A DNA stretch of 64,000 nt from Mobula hypostoma (Eukaryota), in assembly GCF_963921235.1 (NCBI RefSeq), contig NC_086104.1, positions 151,032,001 through 151,096,000 of the forward strand. The letters are read 5' to 3'. Below the pieces are notes generated by a model. The model was not told the origin of the DNA. It ran no database searches and was given only the letters and a program-made list of their open reading frames with translations. The number at the start of each line of letters is the position of its first letter. The first letter of the stretch is position 1. Both the position numbers and the translations under genes were made by a program. Positions 38,229-49,925 of the stretch are shown piece by piece.

Positions 38229-38317
38229 GCTACGGTGCTGTGGCAGGAGGATATTCCAACAATCAGACCATGGGAATGGGTAACATGGACGCAAACATGG
38301 CTGGATGGAGAATGTAA
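38229..38317 (+). CDS. hnRNP H-like last coding exon, ending ...AGWRM*
   Basis: ttacag|GC TAC GGT...TGG AGA ATG TAA; resembles the HNRNPH3 C-terminus (GWRGMY). Confidence 0.85.
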
Positions 38318-39429
38318 ACTGTTAAGTGGTTGGGCCATGAGTCAGAAGCTTCAAGAACCCTAGGACTGCCACATAATGGATGACCAATGCAGCAACACTG
38401 CTGTTTTCTTCCAAGCAGTAATATTTTTACTAATAGAGCTACTTTGCAGTTCTTTTTATTTTTTTACAGGTTTTGGTGTAAAAATCTTGAAATATTGCCC
38501 AATCAACAGGAATATTGGGTAACATAATTTGAAGCATCAGGTATTTGACCTGATGGTGAAAGGGAGAAATTTTTGAAATTTTGACTTGAGTAAATGTGGC
38601 AAATGAAAGTAAACATCTAGTGCTAAGCTTCTTTTGAACTTGTTTTGTTATTTTAAATCCAACTTGGATCATTTAAAAATCAAATGGAGCAAATTGTGTG
38701 ATTGTATGCAATCTTATACTTTGGTACCATTTGATATGTGGTGAGGTTCAGTGGTCTTTTTACATGCAGTCACCAGAAGCTCAACCACTGTAATGTTTAA
38801 TCTGCTCAGTGTTGTTACGATGCTGCAATAATGAGCATTTGGTAAACATGACTTTTTGTTTTGGAAGCTTATTTTTTACCATATTGCCCAGTATTGTTCC
38901 ACGTTCTGTTTGGTTGTATTTTTCATGTGTCATCCTGTTTACTTTTTGTCTCCATTGCCGTCTAGTAATGCAGTCATGGTACTCAGTTGGATTGAGATGG
39001 GGCAGCTCCTGGCCCATTCCAGTGCAGGGGCTTTCATCCAGTTGTGACTTCCTTGAATGCACTAATGATTAAATTGAGCAGGTGTTGGATATGAGCTGTC
39101 ACCCATCCAGTTGTTTCAGTGGATTCTTCAGCATTTAGCATTTGGAATTCAGCAAATATTTTTACCAACAGTTGCTATGTTAATTTTTTTAATGTGTCTG
39201 GTTCACTTGGAATTTTAACCTGATTCATTTTTTGATTGTTAGCAATGTAGTTTTAAAAAAATGAGAAGTGTATATTTGTACCTTTCTACAAGAGGTGCTT
39301 TTTTTGGGTTACTATTGTTTGACAAGTAAGATTCATTGCCTTTGGCACTTCAATGTGCAGTTTCTGAAATGTGCACATGTCAAACATCTGTGAAAGATTA
39401 CTTACTGTACATTTCTAATGGTAAAATAT

Positions 39430-39435
39430 AATAAA
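39430..39435 (+). terminator. Probable polyadenylation signal of the hnRNP H-like gene (3' UTR about 1.1 kb)
   Basis: AATAAA after a U-rich stretch with no recognisable repeats, with upstream TGTA motifs. Confidence 0.6.
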
Positions 39436-42400
39436 GTGTAATTTCAGAACTCTGGCATAGCCAATATCTGTTCATGGTGTGAAAAGGAAAATTGCTCAAG
39501 TGAACTGGTTATGGTTCTTCGCAAAAGTTTGTACAGGGAATCTTCTGCACTTTGGCATGGTGAAACTGGCAGAGCTTGTGTGGTAATGCTATCTGCACAA
39601 ACTTAGTGCTTACTTTGGGGAGGGGGGCTTGCAAACTTTGGAGATTCACTCAAGAAAGTGATTGTGGGCTTGGGGATTGATTTGGCAGTAGTAAATAGAG
39701 GAACCCAAGGGTTTCTTAAGGGCATAATTTTTGAATGGTGACAATGGGTTATTTATCCTCTTGAGCCTGTTCTAGTTACCATTATGACCAGGGCTGTTCT
39801 GAATATATTAAAGCCACAACACTATCACTTTAACTTTGAAATTTTGCTCCATATGTCAACACTTCAAGCTTTACAGCCCGTTTAAATGCTTTTGCTATGG
39901 TGTTTGAGCTTAAACTATTACAAATGTACGTGGTGATGGTTGCTCCTGGAGTACTAGGGGATCAGAATTGTCCTATCGTAAAATTGGATGCCTACTTGGA
40001 GTTTATAAGAATGAGAGGTTATTGAAACCTGTAAGATCCCAAGGAGGTCTAATGTGTAAATGTCTGAAGATCAACCCTTGGTGGGAGAACCATGAAATAG
40101 GGTTTGTGTAGCGACTTTAGAGGCTGGTGAATCTTGAATTCTGAAATCTGGAAGGCTGTTAATTGAAAGATCAATGAATTGAGGGCTGGAGGGATCCAGC
40201 ACAGAAGGAAGAAACGTGGTGGGAAATTCACACGGATAGACGAGGTAGAAACTGCTGTCTCCCTCTTCTGTTTAACTGCATATTCCCAATTGCCAGTGAT
40301 CACTACTAACTTCTTACCAAAAAGAAATTGGGCATGGCAAGCTATGTAGCCAGAGGTGGAGACTGGTAGCGTAGCGGTTCGTATGACACTATCACAGCTC
40401 AAAACTTTGGAGTTCAATTCCAGCACCGGCTGTAGGGAATTGGTACATTCTTCCCGTTGCTATGGGGGTTTCTACTGGTGCTCTGGTTTCCTCCCACAGT
40501 CCAAAGTCATACTGAGGTTAATTGTTCATTGTAAAATGTCCTAGGATTAAGCTAGTTTTAAAATAGTTGCTGGGTAGTGGGGCTTGTTGGGCTGGCAGGG
40601 CCTGCTCCACGCTGTATCTCTAAATTAAATAAGTAAAACTATCTAGCATAGTGGAGAAAGTGGTTGTAGAATTCAGCCATTTCAACATGTAAAGCAGCCA
40701 CCAACAACAGTTTAGATCCCTCACATCACAAAGACCACTACATCTCCAGCATCAGTTTTCCCAGGCAGCCTCTTCACACTGAGCTATGGGCGAATCATTG
40801 CTGGATTTCGTTAGGTTCCTGCCAGAGCAGCACTCAGTGATAGGAATGCTGATTTTGTTAGTCTTGACATGCCTGGGAATCCCATCCTCAGCACATGGCC
40901 AAGGTCCTAGTGTATGAATCAAAAGTGCTAATTGTATTGCAAGTATGAATTCTGCATTATCAAGCCGCCACTAGGTGCTGCACTGTCTAATGGTCTCTTT
41001 CCAGCAACTGACCTTTTGGCTGCTCCTGGTGTTTGCTGTCAGTCCATCTAGTCCCTGAAGCCACGCACCAAGTCAATCATGTCCTTTTACTGCAGCTAAG
41101 AGAAATGTAGTGGAAAATGCCCGATCCTATATCCCTTATTCAATATTCTCAGTGACCTCTCCTCCACAGCCCTCTTTTAAAGATTTATGGTCTGAAGAAT
41201 ATATTTCTCATCTGTTTTGAATGGCTGATGGCCTATTTTGAGACAACCAGTCATCCCACCCAAGGGGAAACCTCATCCCCAGAACCTGCTTTGTCAATCC
41301 TTGGTCACTATTTTATTTATTTGTTGAGATGCAGGAGCCACACCGCCCAGCAAACCTTACCCCCCCCCCCCACACCCCCAATTTAATCCTAGCCTAATCA
41401 TGGGACAACTTACAATGACCAATTAGCTTATCAACCAGTATGAATTTGACTTGAGAGGAAACCCACGAGGTCACAGGGAAAATGTACAAACTCCTTACTG
41501 GCAGTGGTGAGAATTGAACCTGTGTTGCTGGTACTGTAAAGCATTATCCTAACCACTATGCTACCCTGCTGCCCACTTTAGATATTCCTGTAAGTGATCT
41601 CCCTACATATCTCACACTCCAGGAATCAATCTGATGAAACTTGGCTGCATTATTCCCAGTGCAAATATTGCAAAGGGGTACCAGACCTATATCATTTTCC
41701 TGATGCCATTACACCAGGGCTGTATATAATTTTAGCAAGGCAACTCTTGCTAACAAGTACTTAGAACAAAAATGATGTCCAAAACAATAAAAAAACAGAA
41801 AAGACTGGAAAATGGTGCCTGTGATGAAGTATTTCAACAAAGAGAGCCTGGAATCTTGGCTTTGCACCTGTTGTAACTGCATACATGTACTTGTGCATTT
41901 GCCAACAAATTTGACTTTAACTTTGGAGCATCAGAAACTGAGGCATGACCATGTATAGCTATTCCTTTCCATAGATATTGTCTGACCTGCTAAGGTCCTC
42001 CAGAATTTCATGTGTGCGTTACTCTGGAGTTCCAGCATTTGCAGAGTCTACGGTAGAAAACTACAGTACAAACAGGCCTGTTCTGTTGCAGACTGAGAAA
42101 GCATATTACATGGTCTCCACCTGAAACGTCAACAGCTGGAACTGGTTATAAACTTGAGAGGGAAACCAGAGGTCCATGATCCAGCCCTCATCGGAGGACC
42201 AGAGATGGCGAGGCTCAGCAACTTCAAATTTCTGGGTGTTAGCTTTTCAGAGGACCTGTCCTGGACCCAGCATTTAAGTGCCTCTACTTCCTTAGGAGAT
42301 GCGGAGATTTGGCATGACATCTAAAACTGACAAATTTGTGTGCATGAGAGGGGGGGAGGAAATGTGTATGTGGGTGTGAGTGCGAGAGAGGTAGAGATGG

Positions 42401-42700
42401 GGGAGATGGAGAGAGATAGGGAGAGGTAGAGAGAGAAAGTGGGGGTGGGTGGGAGAGAAATAGCCCATATAATGACGGATGTGTAAGGACAGGTGAATAC
42501 ACAGACATGAGAATGTGCCGAGGTGGGAGAAGCAGGTTAAACACCCTTGGCCAATTTAATAACCACAAAGCATATTCAGGATGAGTGTGTATATATTCAG
42601 TGTGTGAGATTGACATGCCAATTCAAAAGCAATCAAACTTAAATTGTGTGAGTCTGTACCCATTATAGTGTAAATAAAGGCATGAAAGAAACTGCATCTG

Positions 42701-42843
42701 NNNNNNNNNNNNNNNNNNNNNNNNNNNNNNNNNNNNNNNNNNNNNNNNNNNNNNNNNNNNNNNNNNNNNNNNNNNNNNNNNNNNNNNNNNNNNNNNNNNN
42801 NNNNNNNNNNNNNNNNNNNNNNNNNNNNNNNNNNNNNNNNNNN
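42701..42843. other. Assembly gap (143 N)
   Basis: Run of N. Confidence 1.
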
Positions 42844-43654
42844 GGGCTCAGCCATAATGTTCCCAGAGTTAGCAGCTAACTGGTGTTTGCTGACTCATTT
42901 CACACCCGATTTCTGAGTGACTCCAGCCAGACTAGGGCAGCCTGCCCATGGGGAAGTGTGGGAAGCGGAGCAGGATTGCTCCACTTTCAGAATAGGCTGA
43001 GCCAAGCCCAGTTCACTTGCTGTGGGAATGAGGAAGTGTGTCAAAAGAGTGGATGATGTTTCCTCTGAGCTTCAGTCTCAACCTTTATCTGCCCTCAACA
43101 TTTATCCTTGTTATAGGATAACTCATCCCAGTTCCCATCCAGGTGACCAGTGCATCTGCTTAAGAGGGCGATTAACAATTTTCAGGGTGGGGTGGGAAGC
43201 TGAGTAAAAATCTGGGGAAGGAGGGCAAATTAAAAGGGATGTATGTTGACGTATTCTATTTACTGAGACCAGATATTAAATTCTAGACTTTTTCTTATGG
43301 GGAGAAAAAGGGGGGATCTCATTGAAACCTTCTGAATGTTGAAAGACTTAGACGGTAGATGTGGAAAGAATGCTTCCCATTGTGGGAGAGTCTAGGACAA
43401 GAGGGCAAGCCTCAGAATAGAGGGTGAATTTATGGAATTTGTTGCCACATGCAGCTGTGGAGGCCAGGTCATTGGGTGTGTGTAAGGCAGAGAATGATAG
43501 ATTCTTGATTGGACATGGCATCAAAGATTATGAGGAGAAGGCCAGGAACTGGGGTTGAGGAGAAGGAAATAAATCAGCCATGATTGAATAGCAGAGCAGA
43601 CTTGATGGGCCAGATGGCCTAATTCTGCTCCCAACTCTTGTGGTCTAAATTTCT

Positions 43655-44800
43655 ATAGATGTGTATTGAAGAGCATATCGACTGGCTGCATCACAGCCTG
43701 GTATAAAAACACCAATGCCTTTGAGTGGAAAATCTAAGAAAAGCAGTGGATTTGGCCCATTACATCATGGGTAAAGCCCTCCCAACCATTGAGCACATGT
43801 ATATGAAATACTCATAGGAAAGCAGCATCCATCATCAGAGACCCCCACTGCCCAGGTCATGCTCTCTTCTCTTACTACAGGTAGAAAGAACAAGAGCCTC
43901 AGGTCAAGCACCACCAGGTTCAAGAAAAGTTACTACCCCTCAACCATAAGACTCTTGAACCACACTCAACATGCCCCATCATTAAAATGTTACCACAACC
44001 AACAATCTCGCTTTCTAGGACTCTATCTCATGTTCTTGTTATTTATTGCTATTTGCATTTGCACAGTTTATTGTCTTCTGCACTCTGGTTGATCTTTCAT
44101 TGAGCCTGTTATAGTTACCGTTCTATAGATTTGCTGAGTATGCCCACAGGAAAATGACCAAGCAGAGTTCGCTGCAATGAAGGCCCACCAGCACCTTTAC
44201 TTCCTGAGAAAACTAAATAAATTTGGCCTGTCCCCTAAAACCCTCACTAATTTTTATAGATGCACCGTAGAAAGCATTCTCCTAGGGTGCATCACAACCT
44301 GGTATGGAAGTTGTCCTGTCCAAGACCGGAGGAAGCCGCAGAAGATTGTGAACACGGCACAGCACAGCACATCACACAAACCAATCTAACGTCCTTGGAC
44401 TCACTTTACACTGCACACTGTTGGAGCAGTGCTGCCAGGATAATCAAGGACATGACCCACCCAGCCAACACACTTTTCGTCCCTCGTCCCTCTTCCCTCT
44501 GGGAGAAGGCTCAGGAGCTTGAAGACTCATACGGCCAGATTTGGGAACAGCTTCTTTCCAACTGTGATAAGACTGCTGAATGGATCCTGACCCGGATCTG
44601 GACCTGCCTCTCGGTTTTTTTGCACTACCTCACTTTCCATTTTCTATTTATGAATTATAATTTAAATTTTTAATATTTACTAATGTTTACTATTTTTAAT
44701 ATTTAATATTTGTAATCCAGGGAGCGGGAAGCGCAGAATCAAATATCGCTGTGATGATTGTACGTTCTACTATCAATTGTTGGGTGAGAATAAAGTATAA
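43655..44800 (+). mobile_element. Two adjacent Rex1/Babar-type LINE 3' fragments
   Basis: TTRFKKSYYPSTIRLLN; KAHQHLYFLRKLNKFGLSPKTLTNFYRCTVESILLGCITTWYG. Confidence 0.8.
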
Positions 44801-45644
44801 TCCCTTCTCCCAACAAAACCCTCCCTGCACAATGATTGATCTGCTGAATTCCTCCAGCAGATAGTTTGTTGCCCCAGATTCTAGCATCTGGCTTCTCTTG
44901 TGTCACCAACTGAAGTTTTCTCATTTTCTCTTTCCAATTCCAATGAAAGGTAATTGATCTAAATATTAACTTTCCCTTTACATAGTTGGCACCTAAACTG
45001 TTGAGTTTCTCCAGTATTTTCTGTTTTTAATTCCTGCACCTCTGCAGATTGTTTTTAATTTTCACTTTCTTCTAGTGCAGTGAAGGGAACTGCACACAAG
45101 TCTCCTTAGCAGGGGCCTAACCAACGTTTACACACAGTGTTTTTCAAGACAGTGCCTCAAGAATGCATCACCCATTGCTAAGGACAGTCACCATCTGTGG
45201 TGTGCATTTCTTCTCATTACTACCACCAGATACAGCAGCCTGAATATCCACACCCATTTCAGGAGTAACTTCACCTCTGACATTATTTAATTTTTTTTCA
45301 CACAAGTATTTTTTGTAATCCATAGAATTTTTTGTAACATAGAAATTTCAGGTCTGCATTGAAATGCCACAAAATAATAAATTCCAAATAACAAATCAGT
45401 GATTTTAAAAAAACTGATTCTGATTTGTATCACAACTTCCTTGCCGGTGTAACCACCTATTTGTGTTACTACCTTCAAGGATCCTTGGACACATACACCA
45501 AGGGTGTTCTGTTCTGTAGTACTTCCTAAGGTCCTCCCATTCAAATGCCAATATGCATTGCAGTTTAGGAATATGGTGTAGATTAGACAATTGGGACTTA
45601 ACAGCCTTTTCTTTGACACCACCCACCCACCCACCCACCCAATA

Positions 45645-46140
45645 AACACAAGTGATTCTGCAGATGCTGGAAATCTTGAGCAAATTCCCATTCTCATTCT
45701 GACAAGTCTGGCCACGGGGTCCTCTGCAGAAATGACGAGACCAAACTCAGGAACACCACCTTATATTCTGTCTGAGTAGCCTCCAACCTGATGCCATGAT
45801 CATCGATTTCTCTCCCCCCCCCCTCATTTTCTATCTCCCATTCTGGTTACCCCTTTTATTCTCCTCACTTGCCCATCACCTCTCTGGTTCCTTTCTTCCA
45901 AGGTGTGCCGTGCTCTCGTATCATATTCCTTCTACTCCAGGCTTTTATCTCTTCCACGCCTCCCACCCCCCATTCGTCAACCCACCTACCCGCTTCACCC
46001 CCACCCAGCTGGTTTCACTTATTACCTGTCCGCTTGTAATCCTCCCCTTCCACCACCCTGCTCTTCTTATTTTTGCCTCCTTCCCCTCCCATTCCCTTCC
46101 TTTCCTTTCCAGTTCTAATGCAGCACCTCGGCCCAAAACC
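45645..46140 (+). mobile_element. Degenerate Penelope 3' fragment with a short inverted end
   Basis: Similar to the 14117-14630 arm (gaacaccaccttatattctgtctgagtagcctccaacctgatg). Confidence 0.65.
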
Positions 46141-46574
46141 TGGGCGCCATTAAGGTGACTCGCGATGGAAATCATCAGACATTCCCTTTCTAGACGCCCA
46201 GCATCCAGGACATCTTCAAAAATGCGGCATCCATCCTTAAAGACCCCCCATCACCCAGGATATGCCCTCTTCTCGTTGCTACCACCAGGAAGGAGGTACA
46301 GAAGCCCGAAGGCGCACACTCGACGATTCAGGAACAGCTTCTCACCCTCTGCCATCCAATTTCTGAATAGACACTGAATCCATGAACACTACCTTACCAC
46401 TTATTTAATAATTATATATATTTCTTACTGTAATTCAGTCTTTATGTATTGCAATGTACTGCTGTACAAATTTTCCGACATATGCCAGCGATACTGAAAC
46501 GTCGATTCTTTGTTCCACCCCACTCCCATAGATGCTAACCGACCCAGAGTTTCTCCAGCATTTTGTGAGTGAGC

Positions 46575-46779
46575 TATTTCCGCCGTGACGTCAACTCGTA
46601 GCTCGGCAACCGCTGATTGACAGCCATTTGGCCAATCGCCAGTTAAAGAGGTCTGTTACTGGATCCCCGGGCAGCCAATGGAAGAAGAAGGAGGGTGCCC
46701 GGCCCCCGGCTGACTGTAAAAGGCAGGTACGGGCGGCCGCGCGGCCTCGCTTTCCGCAGGGTTCATCAGCGTCGGCGGC
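46575..46779 (+). promoter_or_regulatory. MTHFD2 CpG-island promoter / 5' UTR
   Basis: Palindromic CRE TGACGTCA 46586-46593; CCAAT at 46632 and 46675; GC- and CpG-rich. Confidence 0.7.
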
Positions 46780-46862
46780 ATGGTTCCCGGTTCTGGTAAC
46801 TTGCTCCGCTTCTTCAGCGCCGGTCTAGTCAGTGTCTGTCGCCTGCACACCAGCGCCCCGAG
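46780..46862 (+). CDS. MTHFD2: MTHFD2 coding exon 1 (mitochondrial presequence MVPGSGNLLRFFSAGLVSVCRLHTSAPR)
   Basis: GGCGGCATGG Kozak context; CCGAG|gtagga donor. Arg/Ser/Leu-rich peptide with no acidic residues and an RLHTS-type end; phase 2 fits exon 2. Confidence 0.85.
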
Positions 46863-46954
46863 GTAGGACAACCGGGGGAAGGGGGTAGAGCCTGGAGTGA
46901 GCGATGCCCATCTCCCCTTTAGTCAGACTCCGTTTATTTCCCAGATAGTCTCAC

Positions 46955-47290
46955 TTGTCTCCTCATTCACCCTTATTCTCTCTCTTTCCCTTTATTCATC
47001 TTCCCCTCCCTTCCCTTCTTCAAGCCCCATTTTACCCCTCACCCTTCATTTCCCCTTCTTCCACGTTTTCCCTCATTTATTTCCCATTCCTCACCCCATT
47101 TTCCCTTCCTCTTTGTATTTCTCCTTCCCCATTCCTATTTCCCCTTACCCACTCCTATTTCCCCTTCCTCCTTTTCCTCTAACTGCCCTGCTCCTCCTCC
47201 CCTTCCTCAACCGACCTCATTTTCCTTCCTTTCCTCCCCCCTACCTAATTTCTCAATTCTTTCACTTCCTTTCTCTCCTCTCTTCTCTCC
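46955..47290 (+). repeat. Polypyrimidine low-complexity tract in MTHFD2 intron 1
   Basis: About 330 nt, strongly C/T-biased, with very few G. Confidence 0.85.
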
Positions 47291-48087
47291 ACCGGGTCGT
47301 GTGCGACGCGGACCCGTAGCCCCGGCCGGGAGTCTGATGAAATAGCTGGCGCCGTTTACGTGACAGAGAAATCTGCTCCTTGTCTGCTGTTGCTAGGCTG
47401 GGTTCTCGGTAGTGCAAACAGCGAGGAGATGAAAAGCTTCCGATGACACCTAATGTGGTGAACAGAGAGCTGAAATTTCAATTAACTGCGATTAAATTGT
47501 ACATCTGAAATTTCCACCTGGCTTCATTTCTCATTCCAGTTATCAGCCGCGTTTTAAAATGTATTTAACTTAGTGAGTGGAGTGGTATCTTTCCTTATTC
47601 GATTTCTCTCTGGTTTCGTGCCAGACTTGCAGCCAGTTTTCTTGCCTCTCTGATATAATCTTGTGTTCCATCTGCTCTGAAGTAACTTGCCGCAGAAGCA
47701 GGTTATAACTAAAGTTGCTTTGTTGTGTCAGTTCGCGCCTTTATCTTGATGTTTGCTAATCAGCCCTACCGGTTTTGACTGCGAGATTTGGCTGTCTACA
47801 AGGATTGAAATCAGTTTCCATTCCAAGTTGGCTAGCTGAGGCCTTACACTAGCAGAATGATGCAACAATTCGTCCCACTAGCCCAGCGTGTGAAATGTTG
47901 ACTGAAAGTTATTTTCATGACCGTAAAGGTTACTCAGTGGTATTCGATTGCATTTCATCGACGGGCCTCGAATCAAAACATGCTCAGAACAGGGGCTACT
48001 GCAAGCTTGCAGTTCCTTATTTGAACATCTCGAATGGGAATTCTTAAAAGGTACTTATAAAATAGCAGCGGCCAATACTAAATTGGA

Positions 48088-48350
48088 GGCGGCACGGTTA
48101 GCACAACTCTTTACAGTACGGGCGAACCGGGTTCAAATCCTGCCACTGCCTGTAAGGAGATTATTTGTTCTCTGTGTGACCGCCTGGGTTCCCTCCAGGT
48201 GCGCCGGTTTACCTGCACAGTCCAAAGATCGACCGGTTGGTAGGATAATTGGTCATTCTAAATTATCCCGTGGTTAGGGTCCGATTAAATCGGAGAATTG
48301 CTGTGCGGCGTGGCTCGAAGACCAGAAGAGCCTCTTAATAAATAAAAATA
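48088..48350 (+). mobile_element. V-SINE/HE1-like tRNA-derived SINE; related copies near 1550-1720, 13030-13240, 17308-17560, 40365-40630, 41330-41575, 50200-50470, 57630-57890, 60690-60910, 61670-61845
   Basis: ggcggcacgg head, gggttcaaatcc B box, ctccaggtgcgccggttt...cacagtccaaaga central domain. Confidence 0.7.
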
Positions 48351-48714
48351 AGTAAATCAGGAACTTGGGTTTTCACTACTGTAGACTCCATTGCCAAGAG
48401 GAACTGGTCCAATGAATGCGTTGTGAGCGGTAGGGCACTGGAGTACAGGTCCACAGTTCTTGAAAGAGGTGAAAGTAAATAAATCTTTCGGCTGCCACCT
48501 TGTGCGTCAGCACCACAGCCAAGTGTGGTATTCAAGCTGTGTTTGGTCTCCACACCCCCCCCCCCCCACACTAACAAAGGTGTGAAATCCAATTTTTCCA
48601 AATTCTGCTGAAAAGTGGTGAACTTAAAACCAACGTTAATCCTCTTATGCCCCCACAGATTCCATCTAGAGTAGACAGAAGGCTTAGAAAGGCATGGGGT
48701 AGGTCTGAAGTCTT

Positions 48715-49295
48715 AAATCAAAATATTGAGTGTAGGAATTGGGATGTTATGTTGAAATTGCATAAGGCCTAATGTGGAGTATTGTGTGTAGTTTTGGTTG
48801 CTTACCAAAAGATGTAAGATTGAAAGAATGCAGGGAAAATTTAAAAGGATTTTGCTGGGACTTGAGAACTTGAGTTATAGGGGAGGATTGAAAAGATTAG
48901 GACTTTATTCTCTAGAATGTAGAAGACTGAGAAGAGATTTGATAGAGGTGTGCAAAATTGTGAGGGGTATAGATTGGGTAAATGCAAACTTTTTCCACTG
49001 AGGTTGGGTGAGATTACAATCAGAGATCATGCGTTAAGGGTGAAATATTTAAGGAGAACATGAGTGGGACCTTCTTTACTCAGAGAGTGGTGAGAGTGTG
49101 GAACAAGCTGCCAGCACAAGTGGTGGATGTGGGTTTCATTTCAACATCCAAGAGAAACTTGGATAAGTACATGGATGGAAAGAGTATGGAGGGCTATGAT
49201 CCAGAAGCAGGTCATGGGAGTAGACAGGTCCAGTGGTTCCACACAGACTAGATAGACTGAAGGGCTTGTTTCTGTGCTATAGTGTTCTATGATGG
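48715..49295 (+). mobile_element. CR1-type LINE 3' fragment
   Basis: LGLYSLECRRLRRDLIEV; FFTQRVVRVWNKLP. Confidence 0.85.
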
Positions 49296-49689
49296 AGGAG
49301 GTTGGGAACCAGAGAGTGGTCGTGACAGTGGGGGAGAAGAGAAGGGGGTGCCAGAGGGCCAGCAGAATGGGGCAAACAAGAAATGGGAGGGGGGGGAAAT
49401 TGGAAGCGGTAGCCAGAAATTAAGAGACATTAGTGTTCATGCCCACTGATTTTACCTCGATACAATGTTCTCAAAAATTGGTCTCTATGATAGGTGTGCA
49501 GGAAAAGGTTTTCACTCTTTCTCAGTAACTATGACAACATTAATCCCCCTTATGAAGTTCATTTGAAGAGGATGTACAAATCACATACAAACAGCACCAG
49601 AGGTCAACCCAGGTCACTTCAGTATCATCCAGTGCAGGCATTCTAATCACACTGGAAATAATGTCATTGAAATAGATGTCTATAAAGAT

Positions 49690-49925
49690 CAAAAACAAGT
49701 GAAGATATGCAGATGCTGGAGATCCTCTCTCACTGTTCCCCCTCTGATCTCTGCTGCCCTCCAACTCTTCAACCATGTGCTCTTCCTCCCCTCCCCCCAC
49801 CTTGCTACTCCAACTCATCTTCTTTTTTCTTCAGTCCCGATGAGGGGTCTCAGCCTGAAACGTTGAATGTTTACTCTATTCCATAGATGCTGCCTGGCCT
49901 GCTGAGTTCCTCCAGCATTTTGTGC
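49690..49925 (+). mobile_element. Penelope-derived short element with degenerate hammerhead
   Basis: agtcccgatgaggggtctcagcctgaaacgttga followed by the family tail gatgctgcctggcctgctgagttcctccagc. Confidence 0.65.

Larger units (their letters stand above)
22520..38317 (+). other. hnRNP H/F-family gene (HNRNPH3-like, three qRRMs): full CDS span, 11 coding exons, 1377 nt, 458 aa
   Basis: All introns are GT-AG and phase-consistent: 79+156+144+139+188+111+122+136+105+108+89=1377. It has three RGLP(W/F) qRRMs, the [14 protein letters not shown] and GY-rich low-complexity regions. Confidence 0.93.

Noticed and set aside
22520-38317. Calling the hnRNP gene GRSF1, HNRNPH1, HNRNPH2 or HNRNPF
   Set aside because: No mitochondrial leader or acidic region (GRSF1); the CDS is multi-exon (unlike mammalian H2 and F); the C-terminus is H3-like. 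Orthology cannot be fixed without a tree, so no symbol is given.
42556-42879. ORFs spanning the N run
   Set aside because: Assembly-gap artefacts.
46678-46713. uORF MEEEGGCPAPG* upstream of MTHFD2
   Set aside because: Its ATG overlaps a CCAAT box, so it is probably upstream of the TSS.
46897-47319. 140-aa Pro/Phe/Ser-rich ORF
   Set aside because: Artefact of the stop-poor pyrimidine tract in intron 1.
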